Source of the DNA: Prasinococcaceae sp. CCMP 1430
Taxonomy: Eukaryota; Plantae; Prasinodermophyta
Direction of reading: 5' to 3'
DNA: 64,000 nt
Assembly (NCBI GenBank): GCA_013416795.1
Contig: RQSC01001393.1
Location: 1-64,000 of the forward strand
Program-made: the position numbers and the translations under genes
The notes under the pieces: model-generated
What the model was told of the DNA's origin: nothing
Database searches by the model: none
Seen by the model: the letters and a program-made list of their open reading frames with translations, nothing else
In this document: positions 11,544 to 22,044 of the stretch, in pieces
Position numbering within the stretch: position 1 is the stretch's first letter
Layout of the letters: each line of letters opens with the position of its first letter

Positions 11544-12382
11544 CGACCGAGCGCGCTTTGCTGGCGAGTGCATACATCTGACGCCACCGAGCGCACGCGC
11601 TCCTCGCGTGCGTGGCGTGCGCGAACAGAGTGCTACTCGGGCGTCCCCTGGTGGGAGGCCGGCTCGCTGTGCACCCCCGATGACTGCACGCAGATCACCT
11701 ACGCGCTCCCGGGCGGCCCCGCGTCGCTCGCGCCCGAGGGCTCCGGCTTCCCCAGCTACTGGATCGTGCTCGCCGTCGAGATCCTGCTCATGGGCGCCGT
11801 CGAGTCGTACCGCACCGGCCTGTCCGAGAACCCCTTCCCGGAGCTTGACGTGAGCGAGGTGAGTGCGACGCGCGGGCGCGCGCGCTCTCGCGTGCCTGCT
11901 CGCGTGCCACCCGTGCGACGCTGACACGATGGCGCCGTGGCCACCCGTTCCGTCGCTCGCGCGCGCGCGCCGCGCCATGCAGCTCCCGTACCCGGGCGGC
12001 CGCTTCGACCCGCTCAGCCTGGCCGAGTCGCAGGACCTCGATGAGCTCAAGGTCAAGGAGCTCAAGCACTGCCGGTGCGTGGTGCCGTCGTGCGCTCGCA
12101 AGCGCGGGTGGTCAGGCCGGCGTGACCCATGCGCGAGCGCGGTCGGAACGCCGCGACCGCGTGCAAGCTCGCGCCCGCCTGTGCGTGCGTGTGCGCATAC
12201 GTGCGCTGACTCCCGGATGCGGCGCAACCCCGCGCTCTGCCAGCCTCGCGATGGGCGCGTGGCTCGGCTGCGTGGCCCAGGCCATCACCACGCAGAAGGG
12301 TGCCTACACCAACCTCATCGAGCACCGCGCGGATGCCATCCACAACAACCTTATCAGCGCGGAGTACGCCCCGTGGTTCTAA
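10621..12382 (+). CDS. Lhcp: Prasinophyte-type light-harvesting chlorophyll-binding protein (Lhcp)
   Basis: Exons 10843-10936, 11187-11263, 11409-11460, 11629-11858, 11983-12074 and 12244-12382 give YPEWGTYPGGDGSSPIIPFSDEKNAEREVMHGRFAML...LCTPDDC...LAPEGSGFPSYW...YPGGRFDPL...KELKHCRLAM. These are Lhcp-specific motifs. The transit exon abuts a gap. Confidence 0.93.
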
Positions 12383-12456
12383 GCTGCTGCTTCTGTACAC
12401 AGCGCGCGCGCTGGGTGACCGGCGCGGAGTGTGCGGAGCTCAGCGCCGGCGGCGCA

Positions 12457-12461
12457 TGTAA
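12457..12461 (+). promoter_or_regulatory. TGTAA poly(A) signal. Others: 19171-19175 +, 21811-21815 +, 36590-36594 +, 50974-50978 +, 19348-19352 -
   Basis: The UGUAA element is the known chlorophyte near-upstream polyadenylation signal. Copies lie about 20-110 nt downstream of several stop codons. Confidence 0.6.
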
Positions 12462-12722
12462 AGGGTTTAATTGGGCAGCTGGCGAGCCGATGCGCGGAGC
12501 GACTCCCCACTCCAGGCACCGCGTGTCCGGCCATGTGCCGACGCGCGTCGGCGCGCAGCCCACACACATCCCCTCGCGCGCGCGCGCGAGGACGTGTGCG
12601 CGTCTTGTCCTGGTGTGTCATTATCACGCGCGAGTTGCGGGCGGCCCCGGGCGCCCCGTCCGCCCCTCGCACTGCTATCGTACTGCTACAACGCGGGGCG
12701 CCACCCGCCGCGCGGCCAGCGC

Positions 12723-13510
12723 TCACTTCTTGGCGGCCGCGGCGCCCTTGGCCGCCTTGGCCTTGGGCGCAGTTTTCTTGAAGAGGGGGGCGTTCTTCAA
12801 CATGTCGGGGATGACCAGCCATCTGCGGCGCGCGGTCGGCAGCGCGGCGTCAGCACGAGAGCGCGCATACCGGCACGGCCCACACGCAACTTCGGACGCC
12901 GGTTGAGGTTGGGACGTGCGCGGGCGCACGGGCCGGCCTGGGCCCTGGCGGGCCTGCCCTGCTCGACTGCAGCCAACCCTAAGGAGCACCGCCCGTCCGC
13001 TCCTCCCGCTCGCGCGCGCGCGCGGCGCACCTGATTTTGCTGCCGCGGATGAACACGTGCTCCAGCTGTGTGATGCGACCGTCCTGCGGGGCGCAGCGCG
13101 GCAGCGGCAGCGGCGCGCGTGGTGCGGGAGGCGGAGGAGCGCGTCAGCAGGCGCAGCGCGAGATGCGAGCACCGGCTGCCTGAACCGCACGCCAGCCAGC
13201 GGCGCGCGGGCGCATTGCGCAAACGCGCCCGCGGTGCCGCGCTGTTGGGGCGCGGCGGGCGCGTAGCGACCCACGCGAAAGGATGTCTCACCCTCGCGCG
13301 CCGCGCCCGCCCCGCCCCACTCGCCCACACCGCCTCGCCCGCGCGCCCGCTCACCCTGTGCGTGCACGACGCCGTCCCGATCTGCACGTTCCAGTTGTCC
13401 TCGGCCTCGATGAGCGTGCCGCGGTAGGCCTCGCCGCTCTTCAGCTCGCAGGTGACCACGTGGCCCTCGGCCTCGTGGAGCATCTTGACGGGCACGCCGA
13501 TCGACGGCAT
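12723..13510 (-). CDS. SNRPD3: Small nuclear ribonucleoprotein Sm D3
   Basis: Exons 13510-13355, 13083-13031 and 12822-12723 give [43 protein letters not shown]...[34 protein letters not shown]. Confidence 0.95.
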
Positions 13511-13892
13511 CGCGGCCCACGACGCGGCGGCGGCGCAGTGGTGTGTGTGTCGGCGAGCGAAAACGCGCGCGCTCTGCCGCCCCGGGGACGCCACCGCCGC
13601 CACCGCCGCCCTCGGTCGTTCGCCCTAGCTCGGTGGGCTTTTTTTTTTTTTTTTTTTTTTTTTTTACTCTTCCAAGGGTCGGTTGGCGTGCGATTTGATG
13701 GCTGCGGCGGCGGCGGCGGCGGGGCCGCTTCCGAGCTAGCTAGGGCGCGAGTGGGGGCCACCGCCGGCGCGCACGCCGCCACTCGGGGGGCGCGGGGCGC
13801 AGGGAGGGAGGGGCGGGGGAGGGAGGGGCGCGGTCCCCTCCTTTGTCCCGGCGGCGCCTCTCCCATCGCCTGCGGACGCGGTCCCGCCAGCG

Positions 13893-16130
13893 ATGGCGCC
13901 CGCGGCGGTGCAGAAGATGAAGGTGGCCGAGCTGCGCGCGGAGCTCAAGAGGCGCGGGTTGGACGCCTCGGGGCTCAAGGCAGCGCTCGTGGCGCGGCTG
14001 AAGGAGGCAATGGAAGCCGAGGACGGCGCGGACGCAGGGGGTGGTGGGGGTGGCGACGCGCAAGACGCGGGCGTGCAGGATGCACCCCCCGAGCCCGCGG
14101 CCCAAGCAGAGGCCGCCGCATCGGAGGAGCCCGTTGCCCCAAGCGCTCCAGCGCCCGCCACCGATCCACCACCTGCCATAGCCACCGCCACCGGCCCCGA
14201 CGCCCCTGGCACGCCGGCATCCGCAGCCCCCGACGCCCCCGACGCTCTCGCCGCAGCCCCAGCCCCCGCAAAGGCAGCTGCGCCCGCGGCGAAGCCGCCC
14301 GTGACCGGCAAGCGCCTCTCTAAGAACGAGAAGCTCAAGCTGCGACGCGCAGCGAAGAAGGCGGCGAAGCGCGGAGCGGCGGCGCCCGCGGCTCAGAACG
14401 GCGGCGCGGCCGCGGCGCGCGCGGCACCGCTCACGGTCGCGCCGTCTGTCGGATCTGCGCCCTCGGACGAGGGTGTCGACTATGTGGCGGTGCTGCCAGA
14501 GGTGCCGGTGGAGAGTGCGACCGATGAGCAGCAGCGTGCGGCATTCGAGGAGCTCAGGAAGGCGATGGGCCGCTTCGGCGGCGCCGATCCAGACGCGGAG
14601 GCCGCCGCCGCCGCCGCGGAGGCCGAGGCGGCCGAGGCTGCGGCCGCCGCGGCGGGCGGTGCAAGCGCGGGTGTCCAGGGCGACGAGGCGGCGGAGGGCG
14701 GGTCAGACTCAGACTCGGACTCGGACGCGGAGGACGCCAAGGGTACCAAGGGGGACGGCATGTCAAACAAGCAGCGCAAGATGGCTGCGCGATTGAAGAT
14801 CGCCGACCTGAAGGCCAAGTGCCGCCGACCGGAGGTCGTCGAGGCCTGGGACGTGACAGCGCCCGACCCGCGCACGCTCGTGTACCTGAAGTCGTACCGC
14901 AACGTGGTGCCCGTGCCGACGCACTGGTCGGCGCGGCGCAAGTACCTGCAGGGCAAGCGCGGCATCGAGAAACCGCCCTTTGAGCTCCCCGACTTCATCA
15001 AGGCGACGGGCATTGACAAGATCCGGCAGGCGTATGGAGACAAAGAGGCCGAGAAGGGCCTCAAGGCCAAGACGCGCGACAGACGCGCGCCCAAGATGGG
15101 CGCGATGGACATCGACTACGCTGTGCTGCACGACGCCTTTTTCAAGTATCAGACGAAGCCACCGCTCGAGACTTTCGGCGATGTTTACTTCGAGGGAAAG
15201 GAGTTCGATGCCCAGCTGACAAACAAGCGGCCGGGGCAGCTGTCTGCCGAGCTCATGGCCGCGCTGGGCATGGCCGAGGGAGCCCCGCCGCCATGGCTCA
15301 TAAACATGCAGCGCCACGGCATGCCGCCCAGCTACCCGCTGCTGAAGATACCCGGGCTGTCGGCGCCGCTGCCGCCGGGCGCGCAGTACGGCTACCACGC
15401 TGGCGGGTGGGGCAAGCCGCCGGTAGACGAGCGCGGGACGCCGCTCTACGGAGACGTGTTCGGCACGGTGGCCGCCGAGGCCGCCGCGCGCGCCACCGAG
15501 GAGCCGGTCGACAAGACCTCGCGCTGGGGCGACCTGCGTATCGACTCGGACTCGGAGTCGGAGAGCGAGTCTGAGGACGACAGCGATGAGGAGAAGGAGG
15601 AGGATGACGCCGGCGGGCTCACCGAAGATCAGATCGCCGCGGGCACGGCGTCGGGCATAGCGTCGAGCGTCGCCGCCGGGCTCGAAACGCCCGACGTGCT
15701 CGATCTGCGCAAGAAGGCCGCGCCGCAGCAGTTGTACACCGTGCTCGAGCAGCGGGAGGCCAGCGTGGGCGGCGCGATGATGGGTTCGAGCCACACGTAC
15801 GTCGTGCCCGGCAAAGACGGCGCGCCAGCGGGCGGCGCGGCGGCGGGCGGTGGGCTGAGCGCGGGCGCGGCGGCCGCGCGGGTGGCGCAGGGCGTCATGG
15901 GCGCCGCGGCGGCGATGGGGGACATCGAGGTCAACCTGCGCCCCGAGGATCTCGAGGGGCTCGACCAGGCGGGCATCGAACGCCTGTACGCGCAGCGGCA
16001 GGCCGAGCTGCGCGGCGGTCGCGAGGACTTCTCCGACCTCGTGCGTGAGAACGCCAAGCGCAAGCGCGAGGGCGACGACAAGGCGGCCAAGGCCAAGAAG
16101 AAGAAGGCCGCGGACGACTTCAAGTTCTGA
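13893..16130 (+). CDS. SF3B2: Splicing factor 3B subunit 2 (SAP145/Cus1) with an N-terminal SAP domain
   Basis: SAP domain (KMKVAELRAELKRRGLDASGLKAALVARL), DUF382 (VPVPTHWSARRKYLQGKRGIEKPPFELP) and PSP domain (PPPWLINMQRHGMPPSYP); intronless. Confidence 0.96.
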   Translation: MAPAAVQKMKVAELRAELKRRGLDASGLKAALVARLKEAMEAEDGADAGGGGGGDAQDAGVQDAPPEPAAQAEAAASEEPVAPSAPAPATDPPPAIATATGPDAPGTPASAAPDAPDALAAAPAPAKAAAPAAKPPVTGKRLSKNEKLKLRRAAKKAAKRGAAAPAAQNGGAAAARAAPLTVAPSVGSAPSDEGVDYVAVLPEVPVESATDEQQRAAFEELRKAMGRFGGADPDAEAAAAAAEAEAAEAAAAAAGGASAGVQGDEAAEGGSDSDSDSDAEDAKGTKGDGMSNKQRKMAARLKIADLKAKCRRPEVVEAWDVTAPDPRTLVYLKSYRNVVPVPTHWSARRKYLQGKRGIEKPPFELPDFIKATGIDKIRQAYGDKEAEKGLKAKTRDRRAPKMGAMDIDYAVLHDAFFKYQTKPPLETFGDVYFEGKEFDAQLTNKRPGQLSAELMAALGMAEGAPPPWLINMQRHGMPPSYPLLKIPGLSAPLPPGAQYGYHAGGWGKPPVDERGTPLYGDVFGTVAAEAAARATEEPVDKTSRWGDLRIDSDSESESESEDDSDEEKEEDDAGGLTEDQIAAGTASGIASSVAAGLETPDVLDLRKKAAPQQLYTVLEQREASVGGAMMGSSHTYVVPGKDGAPAGGAAAGGGLSAGAAAARVAQGVMGAAAAMGDIEVNLRPEDLEGLDQAGIERLYAQRQAELRGGREDFSDLVRENAKRKREGDDKAAKAKKKKAADDFKF

Positions 16131-16162
16131 TGGCACGTATACAATATTAATCCACAACCGTG

Positions 16163-16895
16163 TCACATGACAACGCACGCCGAGTCTCCGTCGCTCGCGG
16201 CGCCCTCGACGCGCCCCACGAGCAGCTTCTCCCACAGGCCCTTCGCGCGCTCCGAGTGGAAGCCGAAGTCCTCCGAGCTGTCCTTGCCCGCGTGCCGCAA
16301 GATGGCCTGCGCGCCAGCAGGGTGGCTACTCAGGAAGCTGTGCGAGGGCGCGAGTGGGTCAGCCCTCCGCCATCCCAAACCGACAACGCACGCACATGCG
16401 CCGGCCGTCACCGCGCGATGGCGTGAAGGCACGTGCGCGCGCGCGCGCGCGCGCGCGCGCTCACCTGGTGACGTCGTACACCTTGCCGTTTGCGACGAGC
16501 CAGCAATCATCCGGGGACGAGTGCTGCGCGACCTGCATTCGCTCGGAACGACGGCGCACGGCGCGGCAGTCGCGCTCGAGTCAGCGCAAGGGAGAGGGCG
16601 GAGGGGGCGCGAGCTCAAGCAGAGGGGCCGAATGGGCGGCAGTCGCAGTCGGAGGTCCGCGCTGCATGCCACGCACCTCCTCCATAGTGTACACGGCCAG
16701 GCCTGCGCCGCGCTTGGCAGACGCTCGCTGGTCGGTTTCGTCGAGGTTCGCGGCGCGCTCGGCGAGCGCCGCACGCTGATCCTCGTAGGGCGGGCTGCGC
16801 GACAGCCTGCCGTTGTCCTGAGCCGGGAGCGGCTGCGCGACATGGCTGAGGCGCCGGACGCTCGCGCGCGCTCGCGCTCGGGCGTTCGAGCCCAT
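16163..16895 (-). CDS. Cytochrome b5-like heme-binding protein ending in a CaaX motif (CVVM)
   Basis: Exons ending 16677, 16532-16465 and 16337-16163 give YTMEEVAQHSSPDDCWLVANGKVYDVTSFLSSHPAGAQAILRHAGKDSSEDFGFHS...CVVM*. The 5' end is unresolved. Confidence 0.85.
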
Positions 16896-17454
16896 GCCGG
16901 CGCGCAGCGCGAGCGCGGGGGCGCGCGGCTACCTCCCAGCCGCCGGCGCCCGCGCGCTCCTTCTTCGAACCCGAGCCCGCGCTCCCTGAGCTGTATCGCG
17001 CCTCCGATTGGCGTCTCCTGACCCTGCCGCGCGGCGTCGCCACCACCGCCGCGCCAAGTACAGTCGGTCGATTGCCACGTCAATGCGTGTATCACACTCG
17101 AGCGATGCACGGGCGAGTGCATCANCGGCGCGCGCCCCGCCGGCGGGCGCGCGGTGTGGCCCCCGGACCCTCCACCCCCTCCTCCCCCCGGTCGCGGCGG
17201 AAGGGGCCAGGGGCCGCAAGGCAAGGGGGGTGAGGCAGGGAGCGAGGGCGAGGGGGAGGCGAGGGGGAGGCGAGGCGGCGCCAGCCACCCCCACCCCGCG
17301 CGAGCCGCGCGCGGGGCGCCCGCTCGCCGACACCCCCAAACGGAATCCGCTCCTCTCAAAACCAAATCCCATCCAACGTCGCACGTACACTGTACGTACC
17401 ATCATTTTTCATCAAACGGTGGATTCCGAATTCCGATTCCTCACTCGCCGCACG

Positions 17455-17568
17455 TCGCATCGCATCGCATCGCATCGCGAGCGCGCGCGAGCCGCCGCGC
17501 CAACCCCCCCCCGCGCAATTGGTGGGCGGCGTCGAATGCGATCTGATCTGATCTGATCTGATCTGATC
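17455..17568. repeat. Two pentanucleotide microsatellites: (TCGCA)4 at 17455-17478 and (GATCT)5 at 17540-17568
   Basis: Read directly from the intergenic sequence. Confidence 0.9.
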
Positions 17569-18080
17569 GGGGGCCCAACGACGCGAACGGACGCTGCAAT
17601 TGCAGGGTACGAAGGAAGGCACGCACGCGCGGGCTTGAAACGGCTCGTTTTCATCCGCCCATCCAAAAACGCGCTCTGCCGAATGGACGGCAATACGCAC
17701 GTTCTCCCCCGAGTGAATATCAAATTCAATTTTGATACCGTACGCGACCCAACGCAATGAGGAATGAGCTCTCGAGGTCACTCCTCACTGATGCGCGCAA
17801 CGCGAGGTGGGATTTGATGGTCGCGACGCGGCGCGGCGCGCCCTCGTAGGGTTCCGGGTGGGATTTTTTGGCGGGGTTGGGGTTCGTTGCGCCGTGACTG
17901 CCTTCAATTACATTGCCTTCCGAGCCAAATCCGAACCCTGTGCGCTCGGCCCTCGCGCTCTTTTTGCGTGCGCGGGTGCAGGGCGCGCGCGCGCCCCTGC
18001 GCGGGGGCAGCAGGCCGCGCTCCTCGCGCTCCCTCGCGCCTCGCCCCCCGCGCGTCCCACGTCCCGCTCCTCTGCGCCTG

Positions 18081-19145
18081 ACGCAGCAGGCGCCGGCGCC
18101 CGCCGGCGCGGCGCGGCCGGCGCACCGGCAGCTCTCCACCGCGTACATCGCCGCGCGCGACCTGACGTCCGGCGGCGTGGCTGGCTGTGTCAACGTTTTC
18201 TTCGGCCACCCGTTCGACACCGTCAAGGTCGTGCAGCAGTCGGCCTTCGCGCCGGGACAGCGGCCGCTCGGCATCGCGAGGGACATCCTGCGGCGCGAGG
18301 GAGTGCGAGGGCTGTACAAAGGCGTGAGCGCGCCACTGTTCGGCTACGGCGGGGACGCAGCCATCAACTACGCGGTGTACCAGCTGGGCATGGAGCGAAC
18401 GCGCGAGTGGAGACAGCGCAGCGCAGCGCACGACGCGGCGGGAATCTACGGCTGCGGCTGTGTCGCGGGCGTCGCGCTCTCGCTGTGGATCACGCCGCTG
18501 GAGCTCGCCAAGACGCAGATGCAGACCCTGCCCGGCGCGACGGGCAACGTGCGCGAGACGTTCGGCTACCTGGGACGAACGCTTCGCACCGGCGGCGTGC
18601 GGGCCATCTACAGGGGGGCCGGGGCCACCATGCTGCGTGAGGTGCCCGGCAACGGCCTCTTCTTCCTGTGCTACGAGATGGCGCGCGCGCGCGTCCAGTC
18701 GGCCATTTCCGGCTGGGGCCTGAGCGAGCTTGGCAGCGAGATGCTCAGCGCGACCATCCCTGGGGGCATCGCGGGCCTGGTCTTCTGGGCGATGGTGCTG
18801 CCCGTGGACACCCTCAAGACCAAGCAGCAATCGGTGGGCATGGAGGGCTCCACCATGAGCAGCACAGCGCGCGCGATTCTCCGCGAGGGCGGCCCGCGCG
18901 CATTCTTCGCGGGCTGGCAGCCGCTCATGGCGCGCGCGTTCCCCGCCAATGCCCTGCAGTTCCTGGGCTACGGTACGAGTGCATCGGCGAGCGAGCGCTC
19001 GAGCGCGCACGAGCGCGTGCCGTGCAATGTGCTTACGCGCGCGCCGTCGCCTGCCAACGCGCCCCCACCCCCACCCGACTTGTGCGCTCGCTCTACAGAG
19101 GTGTGTCGCATCGGCTTCAAACGCACGTTCGAGGAGGAGGGATGA
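18081..19145 (+). CDS. Mitochondrial carrier (SLC25), carnitine/basic amino acid carrier-like
   Basis: Three carrier repeats (HPFDTVKV, TPLELAKTQMQ, LPVDTLKTKQQ), GLYKG, REVPGNGLFF and RAFPANA. Intron 18973-19098. Start exon not resolved. Confidence 0.9.
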   Translation, partial: TQQAPAPAGAARPAHRQLSTAYIAARDLTSGGVAGCVNVFFGHPFDTVKVVQQSAFAPGQRPLGIARDILRREGVRGLYKGVSAPLFGYGGDAAINYAVYQLGMERTREWRQRSAAHDAAGIYGCGCVAGVALSLWITPLELAKTQMQTLPGATGNVRETFGYLGRTLRTGGVRAIYRGAGATMLREVPGNGLFFLCYEMARARVQSAISGWGLSELGSEMLSATIPGGIAGLVFWAMVLPVDTLKTKQQSVGMEGSTMSSTARAILREGGPRAFFAGWQPLMARAFPANALQFLGYGTSASASERSSAHERVPCNVLTRAPSPANAPPPPPDLCARSTEVCRIGFKRTFEEEG

Positions 19146-19372
19146 GGCGAGACCCCGCACTATTCTTTTTTGTAATACGGCGCGCGTCTGTTTTGTCGCA
19201 CAGTGTCGCGTGGATGGGTGGGTGGGTGGGTGGGGTTGGGGACCCAAGGAGCACTCGGCGCCGCGCCGGCTCACACGCGCGCTGCATGGAGTTGCGTCGT
19301 TTCACGTGTCGTATGTTACACTCGCCAGCGCGCGCGCGCGGCGCCCTTTACACATTGCACAAGCGCCCGCCA

Positions 19373-20051
19373 TCAGCCGCGCGCGACTGCCAGGTCCTCG
19401 ATGTCGGCCAGAGCCCTGTCGACCGCCGCGCTGCTGCACGCGCCGCCGTTTCGCCGCGGGCGGTTGCCACCCGTGCGCTCGACCACCAGCTGGCCGCACG
19501 CGCCGGCGATGTCGCTGCCCATTTCGCGGCGCACGGTGCAGAAGACGCCGTGCGTGTCCTTGACGATCGAGGAGAACTCCTCGATGCGCCCCGGCGGGGG
19601 CGAGGTATATCCCATGTAGCCGCCAGCCGCGGTCGCGTTCCACGGAATCACGTTGAGTATAGCCTTGCGCCCCTTGAGCAGCTCGCCGAGTTGGTGCGCG
19701 TGCTCGTCTGCGTCGTTCACCCCGCCGATGAGCACGTACTCGTAGAATATGGTGCCGGCCTTCTCCTGCGTCTTGCCGCCGGCGCCCTCGGCAGCGGCCT
19801 CCGCGCGCGCGCTGTGCTCGTCCACGGCGGCCATGAGCTTTTCGAGGGGATAGGCCTTGGCAGTCGGCACCAGCTCGAGGCGCAGCTCCTGGTTGGGCGC
19901 GTGCAGGCTGAGCGCGAGCGGCACCCCAGGCATGTCGTCGTGCATGCGCTTGATGTTGGGCACGATGCCCACCGTGGAGACGGAGACGCGGCTTGGAGAC
20001 ATCCGGAAGAGCGATGTGTCCACCATGTCACCCACGGCCGCCACGACGGCC

Positions 20052-20084
<33 letters not shown>

Positions 20085-20641
20085 AATACCACATTGCGTA
20101 TCTGAGTGCCGGCCTCGCGCGTGGCGTGCACGAGCTGCTCGACGATTTCGCCGGCGCACAGATTGGCCTTGAGACCCATCGTGCCCGTCGCGCAGAAGGT
20201 GCACCCCATCGCACACCCGACCTGAGAGGACACGCACAGCGTGAGTCGCCCGTTGCCTGGCTTGGCGCCCTCGTAGCGCATGACCACAGCCTCCACAGTT
20301 GAGCCGTCCTGCAGCCGCACGAGATGCTTGGCCGTTCCGTCCGCCGACACGGACCGCTCGACCAGCGTGCTCGTCAGCGGCACAAAGTCCGCTTGCAGCC
20401 GCCGCGCCGCGCGAAGCGGCAGCTCCTTCGGCACGAGCCCGCCCCAGCCGCCGCACCACGCGTCGTCGGCCATGCCTTCGGGCCGCTCTGACTCGGTCGG
20501 CAGCACGCCGCCGCGCGCGAGCAGCGCCGCCTGCAGTCGGCGCACTGCGCGCGGCTTGACACCCAGCTCATCCTCGAGCGCCGCGCGCAGCGCCGGCGTG
20601 TCGAACGCCGGCAGCGGCGAGAGCTTGCGCGCGCGCGGCAT
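19373..20641 (-). CDS. rlmN: RlmN-family radical SAM RNA methyltransferase
   Basis: CVSSQVGCAMGCTFCATG (CxxxCxxC), NVVFMGMGEPLHN, SLHAPNQELR, NVIPWN, DIAGACGQL. Confidence 0.93.
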
Positions 20642-21027
20642 CGCCGCGCGCCACGCCGGCCAGGGAGGGTCAGCAGAGGACGGCAAGGACGACGGGTTGG
20701 CCCCTCGCCTCCCCCCTCCCCCTCTCCCTGGGAGGGGGCGAACCAGGGCACAGGTGCGGTCCCGCCGCCTCGCGCACGCCGTGTGCCACGCACGCGCCCG
20801 CGGCAGCCGCGCGCGGCCCGCCGGCGGCGGCTGCAAGCGTTTTGATGCGCAACCCGCGTGCACAAAAACGCCTGCGATTTTGATGGCCGCGGAAGATGAG
20901 ATCGCCCGTGGGTGACACGAAGGCGCTGGCTCATTGAGCCTCTTTGTCTGGTCACTTTGCATGCAAGTTTGAACCTTTTTGTGTGTGCCTTTTTTTTGAG
21001 GTTTTTTTTTGGCTGCCGCGGGCCCGC

Positions 21028-21131
21028 GGCGACACGCGCGCCGGCGGCAGGCGCCACTCCACGCGCGCCGCCGCGCCGCAGGCGACACGCGCCGGCGGCA
21101 GGCGCCACTCCACGCGCGCCGCCGCGCCGCG
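21028..21131 (+). repeat. Tandem duplication (53 + 51 bp) in the rlmN/SmE divergent promoter
   Basis: GGCGACACGC(GC)GCCGGCGGCAGGCGCCACTCCACGCGCGCCGCCGCGCCGC occurs twice head-to-tail. Confidence 0.9.
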
Positions 21132-21199
21132 CCAAGGCGGGGCGACGAGGACGGCCCCCGCCCTTCCCCCGGTGCCGTTCACCCCCCCCACCGGTAGCC

Positions 21200-21768
21200 A
21201 TGTCGCAGGCCAAGGTGCAGCGCATCATGACGCAGCCGATTAACCTCATCTTCCGCTTCCTGCAGAGCAAGGCGCGCATTCAGGTGTGGTTGTACGACAC
21301 GCCGGACATGCGCATCGAGGGCGTCATCGTGGTGCGTGGGGAGTCAGCTGGGGCGCGATGGGGCTGGATCGGCGCCGCGTGGCGTGTGCGTGGTGGTGCA
21401 CGAGCGCGCGCGCCCTGCGCGCGGGAGGGCGCGCGTCGCCGCTGCTAGCGGGCGCCTGCACTCGCGCGATCGCGGGTACATCCGAGCCAACCCTAAGCAC
21501 TGCAGCCGACTGACCCGTGCCCACGCCCACGCCCACGCGCCCACGTGCGCATGGTCTCGCCTGCGTCCGCTGCACTGGACTGTCGATGTGCTCGTCCCCG
21601 CCATCGCGCGATCGGCTCTGCCGCGCCCGCGCGCAGGGCTTTGACGAATACATGAACCTGGTGCTTGACGCTGCGGAGGAGGTGAGCGTCAAGCGCCAGA
21701 CACGCAAGAAGGTGGGGCGCATCCTGCTCAAGGGCGACTGCATCACGCTCATGCGCTCGACGCAATGA
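21200..21768 (+). CDS. SNRPE: Small nuclear ribonucleoprotein Sm E
   Basis: Exons 21200-21331 and 21637-21768 give [32 protein letters not shown]...[20 protein letters not shown]...[12 protein letters not shown]. Confidence 0.96.
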
Positions 21769-22044
21769 GTGCGGCCACGCGCCGCGCTACGCGCGCCTCC
21801 TCTGCGCGCCTGTAATTTACACTCACAGGGGTAATAGAACTGGGCTGGGCCGGGGCGCGGTGCGAGGCGCGGAGTGCAGTCGAGGGCGCGCTCCGTAGGC
21901 CATGCTGGCTGGCATCACCGTCGGTCGCATGGGTCGTGCGACGCGAGTGTCTTGTAACCCGGATGAGGGCAGTTAGGTAGACACATGACTTACAACTTTG
22001 GTACACAAGGAGAGAGAGCTGGCATGCTCAGCTGCGGAACGAGC

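Noticed and set aside
14763-16235. Long Arg/Ala/Gly-rich antisense and alternate-frame ORFs throughout the window
   Set aside because: Shadow ORFs expected at very high GC opposite real genes; no motifs
17757-18090. No in-frame ATG for the mitochondrial carrier (possible non-AUG start)
   Set aside because: Several upstream ATG and GT donor candidates exist; an unresolved first exon is the simpler explanation
10843-21636. Possible introner-type repeated introns
   Set aside because: The introns share only short splice signals and (GC)n runs; I saw no extended identity between them by eye
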